Shown in pieces: positions 13,526 to 28,761 of a stretch of DNA of 64,000 nucleotides; position 1 is the first letter of the stretch; every line of letters starts with the position of its first letter. The stretch lies in the NCBI RefSeq assembly GCF_009914755.1, contig NC_060926.1. One strand, written 5' to 3'. This DNA is from the human T2T-CHM13v2.0 reference genome, Homo sapiens. The translations under genes and the position numbers were made by a program. Under the pieces are notes generated by a model, which ran no database searches, was not told the DNA's origin, and was given only the letters and a program-made list of their open reading frames with translations.

Positions 13526-14276
13526 AATGGAACCTTAGGTTGTTGACGTTGTTTCTGGTCATGAGCTGCCTTTTAACATCTTTGCCCAACACTAGTTTCC
13601 ACATAAATCAATCCCTACAGTGGATGTTTCTTTTAATTCATATAGTCCTCCAGAAAGTTTTTCCAACTTTGGGTTCTTGTAAGTTTTTGAGGATGTTTAT
13701 TCCTCTGGAATATTGATAACACTGGTTATTTTTAATTATCAATTTGATATGTCGAAGGTGATAACGAGTATTTCATGTTTCTTGAATTACTAGTGAGGTT
13801 GGTCATCTTTTCATGCTTTGTGAATTACCTTTTCATGAGATTTACTCTTCCCTAGTATACTCATGTTTAAAAAATTGTTTTTAGACCTTGTAGGAAAACC
13901 ATGTTATGTATTTTTCATGTTTCAATTTACTGTTTTGATTTTTACATAAGTTTTATATTTGTGTAAAGTCACAGCTGTCCATCTTTTCTATAATTTTTTT
14001 TTCATTTATTTGGTACCAAAGGCAATCTTTTCTGTAATTTGCAAGTTTGATCATGCTTAAGAAACCCTTTACTAAACCACTGTTATGAAAATAGAAACCT
14101 GTGTGTTCTCATAGTATTTCTGTGGTTTAGTTTTGTATCAATATTGGAGGTTGATACAATTTTTTAACTTTTGGGGAAAGTTATTAGGAGTAATACTAGA
14201 GAGAAAGTCCAGTGTTTATAGGATAATACACATTTCTCATGGAAATTTAGAAGTCAAGGATATGAAGCTTGTATCA

Positions 14277-14495
<219 letters not shown>

Positions 14496-15128
14496 TCAGC
14501 TTCAAAATTTCAAAAATTCACAAAAGACAAAGGACAACTAGAAGGAAGTTAGATGGATATATGTATTTTAAAAGGGACAGGGGAGCTCTTATAATGAAGA
14601 GGTGGTGATAGAGGGGTAGTAGGATGGGTGGAAGATAGACTGAGTGGGGGGCGGGCGGGGTGGGGGAAGGGATAGGCCAAGAGTAGCCTATTTGTGGGCA
14701 GACAAGACACCAAAAATGCCAGTATTCTAGAATGCTTATACTGTCCAAACAGCCTCTCCTGGAGAAGCACTTTGTTATTGCTAATCTGAAATTTAGTCAT
14801 CTATGTGAGGGAACTGCAGGGATTAAAATGCTAATTCACTGGATGAGCTGGATGATTTAGTTGGAAGTTTTTATAAGGAAGAGCCAGAAAGAGTTGCCCA
14901 TTTGATAGCTTTAGAAAAATCCTCAAGAAAGTGTGTTACGATCCCATGCATGGTGCCGTGTCTTAGCTACAAGGGTTTGATCCTGGATTCACCATAGGTT
15001 ATTAAGAAAGTAATCATTTATTTTTTAAAGGCAGCAAATACTTCCTGAGAATAGACAACTCATAAAGCATATAAGGGATAAAGAGAAGCATAAAGGGCCT
15101 GCCCAAAAGGAGATTATGACTTATTTTA

Positions 15129-15521
<393 letters not shown>

Positions 15522-15554
15522 TTATTGTAAAACTAATACATTTTCATGCTGGAT

Positions 15555-15757
15555 CAGAGGTCAGTAAACTAGTGTACTGTCTGCTGGCTAAATCTGGCTA
15601 GTCACCTAACAAAGTTTTATTGGAACATAGTCACGCTCATTTCTTTACATATTGTCTATGTTGCTCTTGCCTTACAACAAGAGGTGTAGTTATGATAGAG
15701 ACCTATGGCCCACGAAATCTGAAGTATGCCTTTACAGAAAAACTTTGCTGACCTCTG
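15555..15757. mobile_element. MER58A-like hAT MITE
   Basis: TIRs cagaggtcag / ctgacctctg; internal aaagttttattggaacatagtcacgctcatt. Confidence 0.8.
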
Positions 15758-16035
15758 CTTTAGATAATTAGGCAAATGCAGAAAGTATAAAAATTTTAAA
15801 TTGTCCATAATTTCACTTTTTGTTAGTTTATGTAGGAACATCTTATGCACCAAAATGTAAAATGGTTTGTATGGTTGTATATGCATTTTTAACCACATAT
15901 TGTGTCATTAAATATTGGGAAAACAAGATTTTTAATGCCTGAATAGTATAACGGATATACAGTAATTTAAACATTACCATTTCTAGTCTGCACTAGTACA
16001 CATGATATTTTAATAAATACCATTCTACATAAATT

Positions 16036-16041
16036 TGTGTG

Positions 16042-16089
<48 letters not shown>
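16036..16089. repeat. (TG)n(TA)n microsatellite
   Basis: Direct inspection. Confidence 0.95.
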
Positions 16090-16092
<3 letters not shown>

Positions 16093-16222
16093 TTGCTTTT
16101 TGTGAAAGGTTTTCAGGTGTAGACTTACTAGAATTAATATTTTCAAGATTTTTTTATCTTATGCCAAATTGCCCTCCAAAGACATTTTACCAAGTTTATG
16201 CTCCCACCATTAGAGAATATGA

Positions 16223-16565
<343 letters not shown>

Positions 16566-16869
16566 CCTCAGTTGTGGAATTTTTAAGTAGCCTTAGGCAT
16601 TACTTTAAGCAAAAACAGTGTCTCATTGTCATTAAATTGCTAGAGAAGCTATTTTTCCAAATGTTAATTTGCTTGTTCTAGATCCACTTTTTGGATTTGC
16701 CTATTTATGCCCTGAGCACATTTAATTGCTTGTGTAAATGCAATATTTTTTCTGCTTGGAAACTCTTACATTCCCCAGTGTTAATTCCAAATGTAATTTT
16801 ATTACCATCAGCTGTTATTTCTAGTTACTTATTCATGCTTCTGCTTTAGTATGATGTTTATAATTCATT

Positions 16870-17760
16870 TATTCATTTGCTTCCAAACTAGGCTGTGAAC
16901 TCTTCCATGGCAGTAGCTCTGTGTCAGTTACCTCTGGATTACTGTGACCACCACTGGACTAGGCACGTGCTAAACACTCAATAGATGTAGGTTGAATGAA
17001 TGAATGGCTTTTGGATGAACCCGTGGCAAGATGAGAGTTGGCACTGGTAATATAACAGTTCTGAAAAGAGTTATCACTTCATACCGTTTGAAAATGTTAT
17101 CTTCAGCACATCAAGTATATGCTATGAACCAAGAGCCAGGTTCGGTCCTGGGATTTAACAGTAAATAATACACAGTGGCTGTCCCGAGTTCTAGTGGAAA
17201 ACTTGAAATTGTAAGTTACCGTGTAGTGAGAGATATAAACACAAGTGCTCAATAAAATAACTATGATAGAAGCTCAGGCACTGTGAATACACATAGGAGA
17301 GGCATCCAACCTAAACTGCAGCATTGAGAGGTTTCCTATAAAAGGAAATACTGAGTTAAGGCTTGAAAAATGAGGAAGAACTATCTAGTTCAGTGTCAAA
17401 AGAAATGCAGGCATTGAAATCACCTAGTGCAAAAATCTAGGGCTTGCAGGAAATGAGGCTTTAGAGGAATTTCAAAGTAGGGAAGAATGTAAGGAAGCTG
17501 GGGGCAAAATGATGAGAGACCAGGCTGCACAGATAGAAGTCAGATCTTGAAAGACTGCTGTTTCTTTTTAGGAGTCTTGGCTTGTTTTAGAGCAGAGTGA
17601 AGGACGAGTGATTAAGCATTGAAGGGTTTAAGCAGTTGAATATGATCAGATTTGCAGTTTAGAAATGACTTTGGATTTGCTGCAGAGCGGAGAATGGATT
17701 TGCTACAGGAATAAGACTGGAGGCAAGGAGACACTTGGTTTATAGAAGAACTTCCAGCTT
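16870..17760. mobile_element. L2 fragments
   Basis: L2 3' end (ctcaatagatgtaggttgaatgaatgaatg) and typical gatcagatttgcagtttagaaatgact segment. Confidence 0.55.
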
Positions 17761-19340
17761 CAGGTAATGGAGGAGTAATTCCTTTCTGACCAGGCCTCCC
17801 GTAACTCATTCTCAATTCTGGAAAAATACTGAAAATAAAAGCACTGGAGAGCAACCAATAACAGGCAGAAACTGGAGGGGGAGTTGACACTGGAAAAAAA
17901 TAGCACTGAGTGTTCTGTCTTTATAGCTTGTTGCCTGAACACAGGCCCCAGTTAACTTCATGTGAAACAACTAAAGCTTGACAAAAAATAAATAACTGTA
18001 ATTGAACTCTACTTGTATATTTGACTGAATTTGGTATACACAAGGCAGACTCCAAGCAGCCCAGCCAAGGCTGAAAGAAAGAAACACAGATTTCTCCTGA
18101 TGTTAATCTCAGGAATGATAGTTTGGACTTTTGAGTCCAGCAAAGTTTACTGCTTGGTAAAACAATAGTTTTCAGAGGAATATAATAGAATCCAGAGTCT
18201 TGGCAACAAATTAACACAATGTTTAAGATTGAATAAGAAACTAGGTGTACCAGAGGCCGATCTGAACAAAAAAATGTTCAGATAAGTATTTTAGGTGTTA
18301 CAAGTATTTTAGGCCTCTGGTGCAACTGCTCAACTCTGCCATTGTAGAATAAATACAGCCATGTATAATATGTAAACGAATGGGCATGACTGTATCCCAA
18401 TAAAACTTTATTAAAATGAACCACATACTGGATTTGGCCAGCAGGTCAGTTTGCCAACCCCTCAAGTATACAAAGAAATAGGAAAATTTGAGCCATACTC
18501 AAGAGAAAAGGTAATGAATAGAGACCAACACAGAAATAACCCAGACAAGGATTTTAAAGCAGCAAACACAATTATGCTTAAGCATGTAAAGGAAATATAA
18601 ACAATGAATAAAAAGATAGGGGGAGGCCAAGGTGGGCGGATCACAATGTCAGGAGTTAGAGACCATCCTGGCTAACACGGTGAAACCCCATCTCTACTAA
18701 AAATACAAAAAATTAGCCAGACATGGTGGTGGGTGCCTATAGTCCCAGCTACTCGGGAGGCTGAGGCAGGAGAATAGCGTGAACCTGAGAGGTGGAGCTT
18801 GCACTCCAGCCTGGGCAACAGTGTGAGACTCTGTCTCAAAAAAAAAAGGGGGGGTGGGGGTGGGGCGTGAAATTTTAGAGAAACTACCAGAGGGGTAAAT
18901 GGGAATGATTAAGCCAAAAAATAGTCACTGAAATTACAAAAAAAGAAAAACAAACAAACAAAAAAACACTACTTGATGGATTTAACAGTAGATTTGAGAT
19001 GACAAAGAGTCTGGGGCCTTGAAGATAGATCAACAGAAATTATCCATGAAAGGAAAAAGATTTAAAAGAAAACAAAAAGCCTGAGTCAGCCATGAAATAA
19101 TACCAAAAGATCTCATTTATATGTAATTAAGTTCTAGGAAGAAAAAAGAGTGGGATGACAGAAGAAAAAATATTTGATGAAATAATGGCTAAAAATTTGC
19201 CCTCCTGAAAACTATAGATATGAGTCCAAAAAGGTTCGGAATCCCAAAAAGAAGAAAAATCTATTTGGCAAAACTATGGAGACAGTAAAAGGATCAGTGG
19301 TTGCCAGGAGTTACCTGGGGGAAAAGGGTGAATCGAGGGC
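17760..19340 (+). mobile_element. Old L1M fragments interrupted by a MER58-like MITE (~18250-18460) and a truncated Alu (18620-18847)
   Basis: A-rich L1 ORF1-like sequence; gactgtatcccaataaaactttatt MITE core; Alu consensus. Confidence 0.6.
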
Positions 19341-20864
19341 ACAGGTTATTTTCTAGTCTTTTGATACAAGAAATTGTACAGTGGAAAAGTATTATAAACA
19401 TAGAGTATCATGCAACAAAAATGATGGACAAATTCCTATGCAATTAAGACTTAAGGCCATAAAGTATAGCACTACTAAGTCCTTGAGAGTGTAATTTTTG
19501 TCCGATAGTACATGCAGAAAAGACAAGAACTTGGATTAATCTAGGGTTGGAGTTTTGCTGGGCATGTGCAAGAAAAGGATAGTGGAGGATATTGGAAAGG
19601 AAATGATTGTCCTAGGAATGAAAGATGAATGAGGAAAGAATAAAGAACTAAAGGGATGCATTGAGCCAAAAATAGAGGGTTCAAATGGATAGGAGCTCTT
19701 CTAATGGTATCGAAGAACAGATGAATATCTGAATGGAAGGACTTAAAAGGATAAAAGTTATCTGGGGAAGTATGTTTGGACTTGAAATTTTAATGTAATT
19801 CTAAGTGATGACAAGTTTAAGATCTGACCTTGATGATTAAGTAGCTAAAATTCAGTGGGGGTGTGGTCTGTTAAGGATATTAAGGAAGTACGGTTAGGGT
19901 GCCTGATGGATTTTACGTGAAGATATAGGGGATCTACTGCTCATCAGCCTCAATGATGGTGGTGGAGTTGGGAGGTGATAATCACCATTGAATTGGAGTA
20001 TTACCAGAGGTTAATAGATGACAGAAGAGAGAGAAGGTAGAAATTTTATATGAGGAATAAAATCTGGCAGGGGCAATGGGGAAAGGAACACCCATCCTGG
20101 ATAAATGCAGTGTGAGGACATGATCAGTTTCCACTGGAGAAGACAGTAGGGTCAGATTTCACTTGAACCCTGCGGAGGGTTGGGGGTGGAGGGCAGTGTG
20201 AAGGTGGAGTATAGGCTCCATGGAATATAGGCTGGGAGCATCCCTGAAGTCCTGAGCATGTAATGGACTTGAGCCTGGAAAGCAGATTCTAGAGGTCAGC
20301 AATAAAGGTTTAACAAAAGAGAAGTGGTGCAAGGTTAGGTCTGGGAGGGAGCACTTGGAACAGTAAGGAGACAAGAATATTACAGGTGGAATAACTTGAG
20401 AAGTTTTCATCCAGTAATGTGAGGTATGGTTGAAACTGGCCACATTTCCCAAAAAATGAGTCCCAGCAGAGAGGGGCAGGAGAGGATGGGACCTTTCCTC
20501 TAAGACCAAATTGATTGCATTTCCAAAGGAGGCCTAGTTTGCATGCAGAGCACCCATAGATTTTGGTGAGAGGGACTCTTGCCATGGGTCCTGAGTTTTA
20601 AGGGGCTTAATTCTGATCCTCTTCTTCCATTCATGTGCCCATATTGGGGAAGGAATCCATGAAATGACCCCCTCCCTGGCTTGTCTTTCTTGTAGACCAT
20701 GCCCCAGGCAACGAGGAACCCAGGGATCTCAGCTCTAACAGCCCCAAGCCCACTTCCAGGTGTTTGTAGCTCATCTAGATCCAAAGCATAGCCTAGTAGC
20801 TGCTGCTTGCCAGGAGGTAGGGGCTGATACGTGGCCAGAGCCTTCTTTTCCTTTTGGGAAAATT

Positions 20865-21038
20865 TATGATAAAATATGCAATACCCAGTTTACTTTGAAT
20901 TTCAGAAAAACAATAAACAGAAGTATGTTCCATACAGTATTTTGGACATGCTTATACCAAAAATTTCTTTATTGTTTATTTGAAATTCGAATTTAACTGG
21001 GCATCCTGCATTTTTATTTGCTAAATCTAACAACTCTA
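20865..21038. mobile_element. MER53-like palindromic hAT MITE
   Basis: cccagtttactttgaatttcag...tgaaattcgaatttaactgggcatcctg...tgctaaatct; self-complementary. Confidence 0.75.
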
Positions 21039-21919
21039 CTTCCTCTTGTTTTTCACAGGAAATAAAAAGAACACATAAACTAACATGAGAATGTATTTAT
21101 ATAAACTTTTAGGCTGTGTCAATTATGGCTGCACTACCATATAGTGAGAAGTCATGTTTATATGTCAGGGGTAGGATAATTGGTAGTTGCTCTTTCAAAT
21201 GTAGATTTTTGTGCCCAGTGGTGAATTCTGCTCCCACATGTTACCAAGGACTCTACTTGCATGGGTTCCAGCACACACGGACTGGGCTCTTGGCCGCTTC
21301 TCCCCAGGACCCTCAGTACACATAGGTAAGAATGCTCTGTTCTTTCAGCTTGTCCCCCACCCCCTTTCAGGCTTCCAGCTTTACATTTATTTATTCACTC
21401 AACAAATATTTGCTGAAGATATACCGTGTATCTATATTGTACCACAGGCTAGGATAAACAACAGTGAAGACAAAAAGCAAGACCCCTACCTTTATGGAAC
21501 TTAGTCCTAGTGAGGGAGAGGTTTTCCATCCGCTATTATCTTCACCGTACCCTTTAGTTTAGCACACGAGTTAGTTTCTCTTGGCTTTGATTTTGGCCTC
21601 CATCTAGCCATGTTGTCCTTGGTTTAGTGCATTCTCAACAACTCTTGGGGTGACTCTCGTCTCACTCTGACAAGGCCCTGAAATGAATGTCCCTGTTCAT
21701 CCTAGTGAGCAGCCCCTGTCTTACCTGGTCTGGCCTCACTTGGGAGCCAGGACCTGGAGAGTATATATGCAGAAACACCCAATCATTGGGAGTAATTCAG
21801 AATTATCTATAGGGTTAAATATAAAAATCCATTTGAGGTGGTAGAGAAAAAAGTACCATTTTAAAACTTTGAAATCATTTCTGCTAAGACTCCAAGATAG
21901 CTCAATATCTCAAAGATTG

Positions 21920-22205
21920 AAAGCTATACTGGAAGAAGATGTTCCATCTTAAAAATGAAATAGTTTACGTTCCTGATGAGCTATTATAATAAATACGCAT
22001 AACATTTGTCTTGGCATCTTGAGAAAAGAGTGTTATTGAAATTGACTCGACAAAGATTTGTGATCAAATTATAAGAAGACTCATTAATCAAGTATTGATG
22101 GCTGCTAAACATCTAATTGCTTATCACTGGAAAAGTTATGTGGACAGTCTACAAAGAGCTTAATAGATAACTCAATATCATGGCTGTTGAGAAATTGCTT
22201 ATTCT
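21920..22205 (+). mobile_element. Degenerate ancient L1/Tx1-type ORF2 C-terminal remnant
   Basis: Conceptual translation ...YWKK...ICLGIL...RRLINQVLMAAKHLIAYHWKS...NIMAVEKL with stops and frameshifts. Confidence 0.4.
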
Positions 22206-22289
22206 TCTGTATTGAAATCTAAATATATTTGTCACTTTTTTTTTTTTTTTTTTACTATCTGTCTCATTTTTTATTTGTAAAGATTTTAG

Positions 22290-22616
<327 letters not shown>

Positions 22617-22769
22617 TAATAACTGTGAATGGAGCCCAATTTCCTAAATACCAATTTATAAATTATCCAAATTGTAAGACAAGGATGTTATGCTTATATA
22701 TTAGTTTTAAGCCTGTATTTGAAACTTGGGTTAATATAATGTGTAATATATTCCTTTTTATACCTTTGT

Positions 22770-23570
22770 ATGGAGTAACTTTTACCACTTAACAATAAAA
22801 AGACAACCAAACTAAAAAAAAAAAAAATGAACAAAGGATATGAATAGACATTTCCCTGAAAAAGATATACAAATGGCCAAGAAGCCCTTGAGGAAATGTT
22901 CAACATCATGAGTCATTAGTGAAGTACAAATCAAAAATGAGATACCACTTCACACCAACTGGGATGGCTGTCATCAAAAAGATGGACAACAACAAGTGTT
23001 AACAAGGATGTGGAGAAATTGGACTCCTCATACATTGCTGTTGAGGATGCAAAATGATGCAGCAGCTTTAGAGAATGGCCTGGCAGCTCCTCAAAAAGTT
23101 AAATACAGAGTTGCCATATGACCCAGCAATTCCACTGTTAGGTATATACCCAAGAGGAATAAAAACATATGTTGATACAGAAACTTGTATGTACAAGTGT
23201 TCATTTATAGGAGCCAAAAAGTGGGAACAACCCAAATGTACATCCACTGATAAATGGTGTAGCCATACGATGGAATATCATTCAGCCTATAACTGATGCT
23301 GCATCATGGATGAACCTTGAAAACAAGTGAATGAAGCCAAATGCAAATGGCCACATATTTATGTTTCCATTTGTATGAAGTGTTCAGAATAGGCAAATCC
23401 AAAGAGACAAAATGTAGAGCAGTGGTTTCCAGGGCCTGTGGGGAGGGAGGAATAGGAGATGGCTACTAATGGGTACAAGATTTCTTTATGGGATGATAGA
23501 AATATTCTGAAATTAAATAGGGAATTTTGCAAATTTATGAAAAACCATTGAATTGTACACTAAAGAATCG
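22770..23570 (+). mobile_element. L1M (L1MB-like) 3' end
   Basis: Decayed ORF2 C-terminus (ELPYDPAIPLLGIYP) plus L1 3'UTR. Confidence 0.85.
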
Positions 23571-26500
23571 TATGTGTGGATAAAAATATTCAAATACTTA
23601 TTCTCCTTTACTGAACAATGGGGATTTATCTAAACTTCTGGCACAAAGCCAGCAGGTTGTAGGCACTCTCTCTCTCTCCCCTTTTTTTCTTTTTCCTTTT
23701 ATTTATTTATTTTTAGCAATTTAACAAGTGAATGAATGAGTGAACTAAATGCAGATATCCTAAATAAAATTCCTTTGACTCTCTTCCCAGGGGTGATAAA
23801 ATTGGGTCCCTATGACTCATGTCCCAGCGCTGATGTCTGTTCTCCCTGTTGGTGGTTCTACCACTTTCCTTCCTAAAATGGCTTTTGCCATGCCATCAGC
23901 CACTTACCCAGTACGATCCACTTGTTCAAGTGATGTGAGCAGCCTCGTCATCATGATAATGTTCCAGCACTTTGTTGATGATGATTCTAGGGTTTCATAT
24001 AGAACAGCAGGATAACATGGATCAAGAAACCAGATGGAATGTTTTTGTCATGAAAGAATCCAACTTCTTACATCAAAGGTCGGGGGAGGAAGAGAAGATA
24101 CAAATGGCAGTGAGAAAAGAAAGGGGGTGACGACTAGCCAAGGTACAAATGGAAAATCATCCTCCCCTAATTTAGAACCTGGTGTGTGTTTCTCTGCTAC
24201 TTTTTATGTAATAGTAAGCTGACACAGCTCAAATCAAGAATTTAGTTGTCTTTCAAATATTTCCTGACAAGTTGATTCTCCTTATCCAAAAAGAATGAAC
24301 AATGCTAGTAGTTACTGCTAAAATATACACAGGTGCCTAGTCGTCCCCACCCTGTCATTTGCCCTTGTTTATCCAGGAACCCACTGTTTCTGTAACTCTG
24401 CTGGTGTTTACAGTACAGGAACAAAGAGTGTGAGCTGTAAAATCTCTCTAATCTTGATTCAAATTCCAGCTCCATACCTCTGAAGACTTGCACTTTTGGC
24501 AGCTTATTTAGTTTCCCTGAATTTCAGTTTTTCTAGTTGTAAAATTTGGATCATGATAACGATTTCATGGTTGTCATCAGAGTTAAATTAGATCGATGTA
24601 TGTATGCCCTCAATAAATGTTAACTATTATTCAATTATTAACCATTTAACTATTCCTACCTGTCAACATAGGCTTTATTTTCAAGTTCAGAGTCTAAATT
24701 TCTTTTAGGTCTAGACTGACTTTTAAGAGTAAGATTGGGGCCTATATGCTTAAATTAGTTTACATTGTAATTCTAGCATTATCTGCTTAACCTCTCTCCA
24801 TGAAAAGAAATTTGACTAAAATCATTTTGTACATTAGTTGTATGTATCAAGGGCATAAAAATGAAAATTTCAACCCAGATCAAATAAAAATAACCCCTTC
24901 TCCCCTCTTTAGACAAATCTCCTTAATAAGCATATATCCAGGGAATACTTTTTAGTTAACATGGATCATTCTGTATTATTATTGAACTCAAGAATTTAAG
25001 AGCTAGAAAGAACCCTTGGGAGAGTCTGACCTCCAGTGTTTACAAGGGAAGAAATGGAGACAGACTTATTAGAAATGGAGATTTGGTGACTTATTGATGA
25101 GAAGATAGCTGCACAGTAATATGGACAAAACCCGAGCATACTGCCTCCCACTCCCATTCCATGTTCATTCCAAGGCACCAGCTCCTGTATTAAGAAAAAG
25201 ATAAATAGTGAGACAGGTCACTTGCCCTTAAGGCTCTATATTATGTGACCCTTCAATGCCCTGTCTGTACACTCAAGTACACATCACCTATCTCATATCT
25301 TTCTGACCCATCCTGGTTCATTGGCCTTACAACACCCAGGCTCTTTTCTGACCTCAAATTCAAAAGGCTTCTTAGAGCTGCCGGTGGTAATTATGGCCTC
25401 CCACACAGTGTTCCCACAGTCTAATGAACAATTACAGAGCTGGTTATTTCTGGGCAAAAGTGCTCAGCCTCGTATCCCATGGCTCTCATTGAGAAATATT
25501 TGATGAAGATTTTGGTACCACCTGCTGGCTCCTAGTGGGTTGGCAATGTTGCCCAGACACCTGCATTTTATGTTCCCTTAAATGGCTCTTAGTTTCTAAT
25601 TCTTTATTCCATTTTGTGTCAGAATAACTCAGAGGGAAAAGAATATCCATTAACGTCCTCCTTGAAAAATAGTCAAAAGCCATTTTGAAGACCTTGGGTC
25701 CCAGGAAAGAGTGTGTCTCTTTGTTCTTGCTTTGGTCTTGCTGGCAAAACATTTTACCCCAGGATCAAGAGGCTGGTGGTTGAACTGAACAAAGGAGCTC
25801 CAGGCTGGTCACAGGATGGGCATCATTTGCCAGTGCTGGCTTGGTGGGAGGCAACTGGCGGACAAGTCTCTCTGGAGGGTGAGTTTCCAGACTATTGAAA
25901 ACCTATTGAGGCAGTTAAATGGAGGGCATTATGAAGTATCCACGTAGATTAGACATTTTAGGCACTTCATTGCGAAGGTTTTCTTTTCATTGCCCACATA
26001 TTTGGCCTGGTTTTTGTTTGGTTTTGTAACTCAGTTTTGCTTGTATCTAATTATAGTTTTTTTGGGTAACAAGCAATAAAAATTACAGTAACAACAAATA
26101 CTCTAAATGAATTGGGGAATCAACTTAATGGTTTTCTTTTTTTTTTAAGCATCAGCATGATCTTATGATAGCAGGAATTATAAGAAGGAGTATCTGCTTT
26201 CAAGATGACTTTATTATTGAGTTTCCATCACCCGTTATGTTGACCTACTGGAACCTTGGTAGACTCCCAGAGGTCACTTAGACATCGGTTTTGAAAACTA
26301 TTGATTTTATTTTGAATGAAATTCATTGTATTGTTATTATGAGCCCTGCTTTTCTCTGATGTTTTAGACACTGTGCCTTTTTTTAAGAAAGTTTTAACTC
26401 AAAATATTCCTGTAAGATTCAATTGTGCTTTTGGTTTGTAGCTTTGCAGCTTTGCTGCTTTGTTTTGGGAGTTTTCTGTGTAGAATGTCTTAGGCCATAA

Positions 26501-26829
26501 ACTTAGTGACACAGCTGTATTTTGTGCTTTAGTGAGAAGGGAAGTGTTAGGTCTTCTGTCTCTGGCCCATATACCTTACATAATACACTGTTCGATACCC
26601 ATCATCACTGGCCTTGTAAATGGCTTTAAATGGATTCTTGGTGATGTGACCACCTGATGTCATCCTCTGGAAAGAGGGTGAAGTCATTCACTCATCAAAT
26701 ATTTATTGATGCCATATACTGTGAAAGGACCTGGGAATTCAAAAAAAAACACATGGTTTCTTCCCTCAAGAACTTCAAGGTCTTGTAAATAGGCATGTGT
26801 GTTACAGTCCCAATGTGGCAGGAAGATTA

Positions 26830-27960
26830 GCTATACCATTTTACATTCCTACTAACAATGTATGAGTGATCGACCCAGTTTGTCTGCATCCTCACCAAAA
26901 TTTGGTGTTGTCACTATGTTTTAAATTTTAGCCTTTCTGATAGCTGTGTGGTGGTATCTCATTGTGGTTTTAATTTGCATTTCCCTAACATCTAATGATG
27001 TCAGACAACTTTTCATGTGCTTATTTGCCAGCAATATGTCCTCTTTGTAATCATTTTCTCACAGTCTGTAGTTTATCTTCTCATCCCCTCAACAGGGTCT
27101 TTCACAAAATAAACATTTTTAATTTTGGTAAGATCCATTCTATCGATTTTTCCTGTTATGGTTCTTGCTTTTGGTGTTAAGTCTAAGAACCACTCACCTA
27201 GCCCTAGATCCCAAATATTTTCTTCTTTGTTTTTTTGTCTAAAGATTTTCTAGTTTTATATTTAAATCCATGATCAATTTTCAGTTAATTTTTGTATAAG
27301 TGTGAGGTTTAGGTTGAGATTCTTTTTTTTTGCCTATGGATGTCCAATTGCTCCAACATTGTCTGTTGAAAAGACAATCCTTCTTCTATTGAATTGTTTT
27401 TGTTCCTTTGGTAAAAAAAAAAAAAAAAGGGAAAAATATTATCTGAGCACATTTGTGTTGGTCTGTTTCTAGAGTCTTTATTCTGTTCCACTGATCTCTG
27501 TGCCTGTCCCTCTTCTTATCCATACTGTCTTGATCACTGTATGTGAATGATAATCCTGGACTAAGGTAGAGTGATTCTTCTCATTTATTATTTCTTTTTC
27601 GAAAATAGTTTTAGCTATTTTTGAAAGGAAGGTCCTGTGCCTTCCCATATAAGTTTTAGAATAAACTTGTCTATGTCTACAAAAACTCTTGCTAGAAATT
27701 GGGAATTGCATTAAACCTGTAGATCAATCTGGGGAGGACTGATATCTTCACTATGTTGAGTCTTCCCCGACCCATGAATGTGATACAGCTCTGCATTTAT
27801 TGAGGTCTTCTTTGATTTATTTCATCTGTGTTTTGTGATTTTTAGGATACAGATTATGTTTTTGTTTTGTTAGACTTACACTTAAGTATTTCATTTTTTT
27901 TGGAGCAATTGTAAGTATTATTGGTTTACATTTGTTTCTGTGTGTTTGTTGTTAGTATGC
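26830..27960 (-). mobile_element. Old L1M ORF2 fragment
   Basis: ggtatctcattgtggttttaatttgcatttccct; T-rich antisense L1 sequence. Confidence 0.8.
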
Positions 27961-28761
27961 AGTTCATTTTTAGTGCTCCTTTCTTTTTTCAACCTTTTCT
28001 TAGGTGGAAGATTGTACCTTTTTTATGAATGTAAAACACTAAGAGAATTGCTAGTCCCAAAATTGTGATTTTTCAAACATGATTCAAATCCTAAATTTCT
28101 GGAATCTTCATCTGGGTAAGGATTAGAATACCTCTGCATCCATGGGAGCCCGTGATATTTGGTTGTGGTTCATTGTGAGTTTGTGTGTGTTGGGGAAGAG
28201 GGACCATGGCCTCTAGAGAAAGAGATTTTGTTGTTTTTCAGGCAGCCACACTACTCTCTGAGTTAGGTATTTTTGGCTCTTCTGATGTGTCTAGAATGAG
28301 ACAGCTGGCCTAAAAGAACTTTCATGCAAGCTATATATCTTTCTAAGCTTTTTTACATTCTCTATAAAAAAAAGGACTGAATGTACTTACTCTAAGAACA
28401 TGCTTTATTTTTTTTACTTATTAATTTAAGAACTGATGACAAGGTAAGTAATTTTGGGGTTATCAACACTGATCATTGAGGATAGGACCAGTGTGCAATT
28501 TACCAGCAGCTGTGAAGCCAAGAATTGTTCTTGCATTTCTTATTGTATAATTGACTGACATCATTAGAAGAGTGTTCAATGCCTGGAGTTGTTAGAGTAA
28601 ACATACTTCCAAACCCCGAATTGGGCATTATAGTTGAGAAAATGAGATCTGAGTTATTATTTGTTCATATTAAAATTGCATATATGTTATGTGTTCAGAT
28701 ATGAGCCTATAGTCCTTTCCTAATTCCACTGAAAGCTAAAAAAAAATTGGGCTTGTCAGAT

